DNA from: Heterodontus francisci
Taxonomy: Eukaryota
Assembly: GCF_036365525.1 (NCBI RefSeq)
Contig: NC_090378.1
Location: 120,947,593-121,011,592 of the forward strand
Direction of reading: 5' to 3'
Length of the DNA stretch: 64,000 bases
In this document: positions 54,952 to 64,000 of the stretch, in pieces
Position numbering within the stretch: position 1 is the stretch's first letter
Layout of the letters: every line of letters starts with the position of its first letter
The notes under the pieces: generated by a model
Told to the model about the DNA's origin: nothing
What the model saw: only the letters and a program-made list of their open reading frames with translations
The model's database searches: none
Made by a program: the position numbers and the translations under genes

Positions 54952-55872
54952 CTGGAGGCTTAGTGGGAAGGAGGTCCATATTTACTGGTCGCAGTTGGAG
55001 GTCCAGTGGGAAGGATGCCCATGTTTACTGGTCCCTATTGGAGGTCCAGTGGGAAGGAGGCCCATATTTACTGGTCCCAATTGGAGGTCCAGTGGGAAGG
55101 AGGCTCATGTTCACTGGTCCCTATTGGAGGTCCAGTGGGAAGGAGGCCCATGTTTACTGGTCCCTATTGGAGGGTCCAGTGGGAAGGAGGCCCATGTTTA
55201 CTGGTCCCTATTGGAGGGTCCAGTGGGAAGGAGGCCCATATTTATTGGTCCCTATTGGAAGTCCAGTGGGAAGGAGGCCCATGTTTACTGGTCCCTTTTG
55301 GAGGTCCAGTGGGAAGGAGGCCCATGTTTACTGGTCCCTATTGGAGGGTCCAGTGGGAAGGAGGCCCATGTTTACTGGTCCCTATTGGAGGGTCCAGTGG
55401 GAAGGAGGCCCATATTTATTGGTCCCTATTGGAAGTCCAGTGGGAAGGAGGCCCATGTTTACTGGTCCCTTTTGGAGGTCCAGTGGGAAGGAGGCCCATG
55501 TTTACTGGTCCCTTTTGGAGGTCCAGTGGGAAGGAGGCCCATGTTTACTGGTCCCTATTGGAGACCCACTGGGAAGGAGGCCCATGTTTACTGGTACCTA
55601 TTGGAGGTCCAGAGGGAAGGAGGCCCATGTTTACTGGTCCCTATTGGAGACCCAGTGGGAAGGAGGCCCATGTTTACTGGTACCTATTGGAGGTCCAGAG
55701 GGAAGGAGGCCCATGTTTACTGGTCCATATTGAAGGTCCTGTGGGAAGGAGGCCTATGTTTACTGGTACCTATTGGAGGTCCAGAGGGAAGGAGGCCCAT
55801 GTTTACTGGTCCCTATTGGAGGTCCAGAGGGAAGGAGGCCCATGTTTACTGGTCCCTATTGTAGATCCAGTG
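54952..55872. repeat. 43/44-bp minisatellite (GGAGGTCCAGTGGGAAGGAGGCCCATGTTTACTGGTCCCTATT), about 21 units
   Basis: Direct reading. Period 43 (e.g. 55081 to 55124), with +1 G variants. Confidence 0.97.
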
Positions 55873-56316
55873 GAACATGAACATTATGGTTGATGTGGTG
55901 GTCAGTTCCTTTTTGTTGTAAATGTGTAATTGCCGACCCCTCATCCCAGTAAAACTCCACGACCCGGAGCCTGACCATGGAAGGGGATGGAGAGGGGAAG
56001 GGATTTGAACATGTTATGAGCTGACAGGATGGGGCAGTGGGTCAGACCCTATCCTGTCCCTCCAGCTCCCAGTGATGGGGTGAGGATCTCCTCTCTCTGC
56101 TGGGCCTTCATGAAATGAGCTTTCTGTCCAAACCAGTCCCAGTGAGAATAGGCCAACAGCACAGAACTGTCCTAAATTTGACAATAATCTGCCAGTCTTA
56201 CTGAGAGAGGCCAAAGCATGGTCACTGTGGGGTATGGGGCCTTACTCCAGGAGAAGGCATGCTTCTGGGGTCAAGAGTTAACATCCATTGATGGGGCAGA
56301 GCACAGGGAGTTTTAC

Positions 56317-56346
56317 CTTTCATTTAACTGTGCTCCACCTGGGAGA
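56317..56346 (-). CDS. Candidate 30-nt internal micro-exon (phase 2-2, xLPGGAQLNEx)
   Basis: Acceptor CTCTCTCTTTCCCACAG| and donor AAG|GTAAAA. Only one frame is open, and its phase is compatible with the 50466-50556 exon. Confidence 0.25.
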
Positions 56347-56479
56347 CTGTGGGAAAGAGAGAGCATGGTGGAGATTGTGAGACAGAGTGAGAGAGAGAGG
56401 GAGACATTTAACTGCTGCACCAGGCCTCAAAGTGTTCCAGTCTCCAGTAATAACTCCTGTTATAGAGATCAGTAACAGA

Positions 56480-57025
56480 ATTACAGAACAATGGAGAGTG
56501 GGAGAGAGAGATGAGTCAGCAGAGAGACAAAAAATAGAGAGAGAGAGAAAGGGAGGGAGAGAGAGCAAAACAGGGAGTGGTTTTACAGGGTGACAGGCCG
56601 AGAACAAGTGAGAGAGAGATAGAGGCTGTGAGACTGAAATGGAGAGAGAGAGAGAGAAAGAGAAGGGGAAGAGAGAGGAGGAAGTATGATTCAGAGAGAC
56701 TGACACGAAGACATGGAGAAACAGGGTGACAAAGATAGAGGCTTGAATATTGTGATAGAGAGATGGAGAGAGAGAAAGAGGGTGAGCGAGAGAGGAGAAA
56801 CAGTGAGACAGAGTGACAGAGAGAGACAGAGAGAGATGACAGGCAAAGAAAGACTTTCAAAAAGCAAGAGAGACAAGGAGAGACGGAAAATGAGAAAAAA
56901 AGAATAAGGGAAACGGACAGTGAGAGAAGGAAAGGGACAAAGAAAGAGAGAGAGAGAGAGAAGGGGATGGAGAGGGAGAGAGAGGGTGGAAGAGGGTGGA
57001 AGAGGGAAAGATAAGAGGAAATGAG
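56480..57025. repeat. GA-rich low-complexity polypurine tract
   Basis: Degenerate (GA)n/GAGAGA runs directly upstream of the V promoter. Confidence 0.9.
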
Positions 57026-57031
57026 AGTTGC

Positions 57032-57111
57032 TGACGTTCCTTTCTCTGGGTGATACCATTTACATACTGAGAAACAGGCAGTCAGACTCTCACAGGCTGC
57101 AGCTTTATAAA
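57032..57111 (+). promoter_or_regulatory. Ig light-chain V promoter: CRE-like TGACGT (57032-57037), variant octamer ATTTACAT (57058-57065), TATA box TTTATAAA (57104-57111)
   Basis: Order and spacing fit IgL V promoters: octamer in light-chain orientation about 40 bp upstream of TATA, TATA about 60 bp upstream of the ATG. The octamer has one mismatch to ATTTGCAT. Confidence 0.75.
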
Positions 57112-57171
57112 GCAGAGCCCAGTGAAGGGAGAGTTTATCAGTAACCAGGCACAGAGACAGGAGCAGGCACC

Positions 57172-57220
57172 ATGATTTCACCCATCCAGCTGATCTGGCC
57201 TCTGGCATTCTGCGTCGCAG
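57172..57220 (+). CDS. IGKV: Ig kappa-type V gene leader exon (MISPIQLIWPLAFCVA-G)
   Basis: Kozak-like GCACCATG, 49-nt exon, phase-1 donor CAG|GTACAA, 186-bp intron 57221-57406 ending CCCTTCAG. Hydrophobic signal peptide very like shark NS4 leaders as I recall them. Confidence 0.93.
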
Positions 57221-57406
57221 GTACAAATCTCTCTCCTTCCACGGTTAATATTTTCCTGCTGTTTATTTCAGTCCAATTCTACTGACTTGTGATTGGAGGG
57301 AAAATGCTGAAACAAGAGGAACGGTTACTGTCTCTAACAATATTTCATTTTGCAAGATCTTTCTGCGACAGTTCTTACTTCACTCTGTTTCTCTATTGCC
57401 CTTCAG

Positions 57407-57704
57407 GTATCAGTGGAGACGCAATCATGACCCAGTCTCCACCGGCACTGTCAGTGACACTGGGACAGACCGCAACGATCACCTGTACGGCCAGGGAATA
57501 CGTTAGCAAATATGTTCAATGGTATCAGCAGCGAGACGGTCAGAAACCCACTCTCCTGATCTATAGTGCAACAACTCGATGCACAGGAACATCCGACCGA
57601 TTCACCGGCAGTCAACAGAACCTCAAATTCACTCTGACAATCAGCAATGTGCAGAATGAGGATGTCGCAGATTATTACTGTCAGAACGGTTACAACACCC
57701 CTTA
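57407..57704 (+). CDS. IGKV: Ig light-chain variable exon, kappa isotype (shark NS4-like), germline unrearranged
   Basis: GISG|DAIMTQSPPALSVTLGQTATITC...WYQQRDGQKPTLLIY...RFTGS...FTLTISNVQNEDVADYYCQNGYNTP. Both conserved Cys, the Trp and DYYC are present. In frame with the leader, no stops, followed by a 12-RSS. Confidence 0.96.
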
Positions 57705-57732
57705 CACAGTGAGACAGAGCCGTACAAAATCC
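57705..57732 (+). promoter_or_regulatory. Recombination signal sequence with 12-bp spacer (12-RSS)
   Basis: Heptamer CACAGTG 57705-57711, spacer AGACAGAGCCGT (12 nt), nonamer ACAAAATCC 57724-57732 (8/9 to ACAAAAACC). Confidence 0.95.
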
Positions 57733-57738
57733 TCAATA

Positions 57739-60700
57739 CACACAGTCCCACCTCCTGTACTGAGACATCCCACAGTTATATATAATATATAATAATGGAT
57801 ACACAGTCCCACCTCCTGGACTGACACATCCCACAGTTATATATAATATATAATAATGGACACACAGTCCCACCTCCTGGACTGACACATCCCACAGTTA
57901 TATATAATATATAATAATGGATACACAGTCCCACCTCCTGGACTGACACATCCCACAGTTATATATAATATATAATAATGGATACACAGTCCCACCTCCT
58001 GTACTGACACATCCCACAGTTATATATAATATATAATAATGGACACACAGTCCCACCTCCTGGACTGACACATCCCACAGTTATATATAATATATAATAA
58101 TGGATACACAGTCCCACCTCCTGGACTGACACATCCCACAGTTATATATAATATATAATAATGGATACACAGTCCCACCTCCTGTACTGAGACATCCCAC
58201 AGTTATATATAATATATAATAATGGATACACAGTCCCACCTCCTGGACTGACACATCCCACAGTTATATATAATATATAATAATGGACACACAGTCCCAC
58301 CTCCTGGACTGACACATCCCACAGTTATATATAATATATAATAATGGATACACAGTCCCACCTCCTGGACTGACACATCCCACAGTTATATATAATATAT
58401 AATAATGGATACACAGTCCCACCTCCTGGACTGACACATCCCACAGTTATATATAATATATAATAATGGATACACAGTCCCACCTCCTGGACTGACACAT
58501 CCCACAGTTATATATAATATATAATAATGGATACACAGTCCCACCTCCTGGACTGACACATCCCACAGTTATATATAATATATAATAATGGACACACAGT
58601 CCCACCTCCTGGACTGACACATCCCACAGTTATATATAATATATAATAATGGACACACAGTCCCACCTCCTGGACTGACACATCCCACAGTTATATATAA
58701 TATATAATAATGGATACACAGTCCCACCTCCTGGACTGACACATCCCACAGTTATATATAATATATAATAATGGATACACAGTCCCACCTCCTGGACTGA
58801 CACATCCCACAGTTATATATAATATATAATAATGGATACACAGTCCCACCTCCTGGACTGACACATCCCACAGTTATATATAATATATAATAATGGATAC
58901 ACAGTCCCACCTCCTGGACTGACACATCCCACAGTTATATATAATATATAATAATGGACACACAGTCCCACCTCCTGGACTGACACATCCCACAGTTATA
59001 TATAATATATAATAATGGACACACAGTCCCACCTCCTGGACTGACACATCCCACAGTTATATATAATATATAATAATGGATACACAGTCCCACCTCCTGG
59101 ACTGACACATCCCACAGTTATATATAATATATAATAATGGACACACAGTCCCACCTCCTGGACTGACACATCCCACAGTGATATATAATATATAATAATG
59201 GACACACAGTCCCACCTCCTGGACTGACACATCCCACAGTTATATATAATATATAATAATGGATACACAGTCCCACCTCCTGGACTGACACATCCCACAG
59301 TGATATATAATATATAATAATGGACACACAGTCCCACCTCCTGGACTGACACATCCCACAGCTATATATAATATATAATAATGGATACACAGTCCCACCT
59401 CCTGGACTGACACATCCCACAGTGATATATAATATATAATAATGGACACACAGTCCCACCTCCTGGACTGACACATCCCACAGTTATATATAATATATAA
59501 TAATGGATACACAGTCCCACCTCCTGGACTGACACATCCCACAGTGATATATAATATATAATAATGGACACACAGTCCCACCTCCTGTACTGACACATCC
59601 CACAGTGATATATAATATATAATAATGGATACACAGTCCCACCTCCTGGACTGACACATCCCACAGTGATATATAATATATAATAATGGACACACAGTCC
59701 CACCTCCTGGACTGACACATCCCACAGTTATATATAATATATAATAATGGATACACAGTCCCACCTCCTGGACTGACACATCCCACAGTGATATATAATA
59801 TATAATAATGGACACACAGTCCCACCTCCTGTACTGACACATCCCACAGTTATATATAATATATAATAATGGACAAATAGTCCCACCTCCCGCACTGAGA
59901 CATCCCACAGCTATATATAATATATAATAATGGACACACAGTCCCACCTCCTGGACTGACACATCCCACAGTGATATATAATATATAATAATGGACACAC
60001 AGTCCCACCTCCTGGACTGACACATCCCACAGTTATATATAATATATAATAATGGATACACAGTCCCACCTCCTGGACTGACACATCCCACAGTGATATA
60101 TAATATATAATAATGGACACACAGTCCCACCTCCTGGACTGACACATCCCACAGTGATATATAATATATAATAATGGATACACAGTCCCACCTCCTGGAC
60201 TGACACATCCCACAGTGATATATAATATATAATAATGGACACACAGTCCCACCTCCTGGACTGACACATCCCACAGTTATATATAATATATAATAATGGA
60301 TACACAGTCCCACCTCCTGGACTGACACATCCCACAGTTATATATAATATATAATAATGGATACACAGTCCCACCTCCTGGACTGACACATCCCACAGTT
60401 ATATATAATATATAATAATGGATACACAGTCCCACCTCCTGGACTGACACATCCCACAGCTATATATAATATATAATAATGGATACACAGTCCCACCTCC
60501 TGTACTGACACATTCCACAGTTATATATAATATATAATAATGGATACACAGTCCCACCTCCTGGACTGACACATCCCACAGCTATATATAATATATAATA
60601 ATGGATACACAGTCCCACCTCCTGTACTGACACATTCCACAGTTATATATAATATATAATAATGGATACACAGTCCCACCTCCTGGACTGACACATCCCA

Positions 60701-63700
60701 CAGTTATATATAATATATAATAATGGATACACAGTCCCACCTCCTGGACTGACACATCCCACAGCTATATATAATATATAATAATGGATACACAGTCCCA
60801 CCTCCTGGACTGACACATCCCACAGTTATATATAATATATAATAATGGATACACAGTCCCACCTCCTGGACTGACACATCCCACAGTGATATATAATATA
60901 TAATAATGGACACACAGTCCCACCTCCTGGACTGAGACATCCCACAGTTATATATAATATATAATAATGGATACACAGTCCCACCTCCTGGACTGACACA
61001 TCCCACAGCTATATATAATATATAATAATGGATACACAGTCCCACCTCCTGGACTGACACATCCCACAGTTATATATAATATATAATAATGGATACACAG
61101 TCCCACCTCCTGGACTGACACATCCCACAGTTATAAATAATATATAATAATGGATACACAGTCCCACCTCCTGGACTGACACATCCCACAGTTATATATA
61201 ATATAAAATAATGGATACACAGTCCCACCTCCTGTACTGACACATCCCACAGTTATATATAATATATAATAATGGACACACAGTCCCACCTCCTGGACTG
61301 ACACATCCCACAGTGATATATAATATATAATAATGGACACACAGTCCCACCTCCTGGACTGACACATCCCACAGTTATATATAATATATAATAATGGATA
61401 CACAGTCCCACCTCCTGGACTGACACATCCCACAGTGATCTATAATATATAATAATGGACACACAGTCCCACCTCCTGGACTGACACATCCCACAGTGAT
61501 ATATAATATATAATAATGGACACACAGTCCCACCTCCTGGACTGACACATCCCACAGTTATATATAATATATAATAATGGATACACAGTCCCACCTCCTG
61601 GACTGACACATCCCACAGTGATCTATAATATATAATAATGGACACACAGTCCCACCTCCTGGACTGACACATCCCACAGTGATATATAATATATAATAAT
61701 GGACACACAGTCCCACCTCCTGGACTGACACATCCCACAGTTATATATAATATATAATAATGGATACACAGTCCCACCTCCTGGACTGACACATCCCACA
61801 GTGATCTATAATATATAATAATGGATACACAGTCCCACCTCCTGCACTGACACATCTCACAATTATATATAATATATAATAATAGATACACAGTCCCACC
61901 TCCTGGACTGACACATCCCACAGTTATATATAATATATAATAATGGATACACAGTCCCACCTCCTGTACTGACACATCCCACAGTTATATATAATATATA
62001 ATAATGGACACACAGTCCCACCTCCTGGACTGACACATCCCACAGTTATATATAATATATAATAATGGACACACAGTCCCACCTCCTGGACTGACACATC
62101 CCACAGCTATATATAATATATAATAATGGACACAGAGTCCCACCTCCTGGACTGACACATCCCACAGTTATATATAATATATAATAATGGACACAGAGTC
62201 CCACCTCCTGGACTGACACATCCCACAGTTATATATAATATATAATAATGGACACACAGTCCCACCTCCTGGACTGACACATCCCACAGTTATATATAAT
62301 ATATAATAATGGACACACAGTCCCACCTCCTGGACTCACACATCCCACAGTTATATATAATATATAATAATGGACACACAGTCCCACCTCCTGTACTGAG
62401 ACATCCCACAGTTATATATAATATATAATAATGGACACACAGTCCCACCTCCTGGACTGACACATCCCACAGTTATATATAATATATAATAATGGATACA
62501 CAGTCCCACCTCCTGGACTGACACATCCCACAGCTATATATAATATATAATAATGGACACACAGTCCCACCTCCTGGACTGACACATCCCACAGTGATAT
62601 ATAATATATAATAATGGACACACAGTCCCACCTCCTGTACTGAGACATCCCACAGTTATATATAATATATAATAATGGATACACAGTCCCACCTCCTGTA
62701 CTGAGACATCCCACAGTTATATATAATATATAATAATGGACACACAGTCCCACCTCCTGTACTGAGACATCCCACAGTTATATATAATATATAATAATGG
62801 ACACACAGTCCCACCTCCTGTACTGACACATCCCACAGTTATATATAATATATAATAATGGACACACAGTCCCACCTCCTGTACTGAGACATCCCACAGT
62901 TATATATAATATATAATAATGGACACACAGTCCCACCTCCTGGACTGACACATCCCACAGTTATATATAATATATAATAATGGACAAATAGTCCCACCTC
63001 CCGGACTGAGACATCCCACAGCTATATATAATATATAATAATGGACACACAGTCCCACCTCCCGTACTGACGCATCCCACAGTGATATATAATATATAAT
63101 AATGGACACACAGTCCCACCTCCTGGACTGACACATCCCACAGTTATATATAATATATAATAATGGATACACAGTCCCACCTCCTGGACTGACACATCCC
63201 ACAGTGATATATAATATATAATAATGGACACACAGTCCCACCTCCTGGACTGACACATCCCACAGTTATATATAATATATAATAATGGACAAATAGTCCC
63301 ACCTCCCGGACTGAGACATCCCACAGCTATATATAATATATAATAATGGACACACAGTCCCACCTCCCGTACTGACGCATCCCACAGTGATATATAATAT
63401 ATAATAATGGACACACAGTCCCACCTCCTGGACTGACACATCCCACAGTTATATATAATATATAATAATGGATACACAGTCCCACCTCCTGGACTGACAC
63501 ATCCCACAGTGATATATAATATATAATAATGGACACACAGTCCCACCTCCTGGACTGACACATCCCACAGTTATATATAATATATAATAAAGGACACACA
63601 GTCCCACCTCCTGTACTGACACATCCCACAGTTATATATAATATATAATAATGGACACACAGTCCCACCTCCCGTACTGACGCATCCCACAGTGATATAT

Positions 63701-64000
63701 AATATATAATAATGGACACACAGTCCCACCTCCTGGACTGACACATCCCACAGTTATATATAATATATAATAATGGACACACAGTCCCACCTCCTGGACT
63801 GACACATCCCACAGTTATATATAATATATAATAATGGACACAGAGTCCCACCTCCTGGACTGACACATCCCACAGTTATATATAATATATAATAATGGAC
63901 ACACAGTCCCACCTCAGGTACTGACACATCCCACAGTTATATATAATATATAATAATGGACACACAGTCCCACCTCCTGGACTGACACATCCCACAGTTA
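57739..64000. repeat. 61-bp tandem array (TACACAGTCCCACCTCCTGGACTGACACATCCCACAGTTATATATAATATATAATAATGGA), at least 102 units, continues past the right edge
   Basis: Direct reading. No indels seen. Substitution variants at a few positions (CACAGTT/GTG/GCT, GGAT/GGAC, TGG/TGT). Confidence 0.99.

Noticed and set aside
57289-57406. N-terminal part of ORF 57289..57792 as coding
   Set aside because: It is the leader-V intron. The true start is the ATG at 57172, and the ORF tail beyond 57704 is RSS and repeat read-through.
48033-63866. ORFs over the 23-, 32-, 43- and 61-bp minisatellites and the GA tract
   Set aside because: Periodic translations of non-triplet tandem repeats or low-complexity DNA, recurring in multiple frames.

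Overview
Vertebrate, very probably cartilaginous-fish (shark) genomic DNA, not prokaryotic. Bases 1-43916 are one 36-bp satellite array (about 1,220 units) with nested multi-kb duplications; the repetitive ORFs over it are artefacts of a nearly stop-free 12-codon unit. Bases 43.9-57 kb are a transposon and minisatellite mosaic: a decayed Harbinger-type Myb/SANT exon interrupted by a young 5'-truncated CR1 LINE, older CR1 and L2 fragments, a tRNA-derived V-SINE, 23-, 32- and 43-bp minisatellites, a candidate Ets-IRF/E-box B-cell enhancer and possible minus-strand exons of an unidentified gene. At 57172-57704 is an intact, unrearranged kappa-type (shark NS4-like) immunoglobulin light-chain V gene with split leader, TATA box, variant octamer and a 12-bp-spacer RSS. 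A few bases after its nonamer a 61-bp tandem array begins (over 100 units, running off the window end), and no J segment is seen. Each unit reads CACAGT(G/T) + exactly 23 bp + ACACAGTCC, resembling a cryptic 23-RSS. That array beside a V 12-RSS is the most notable observation, but its function is unproven.
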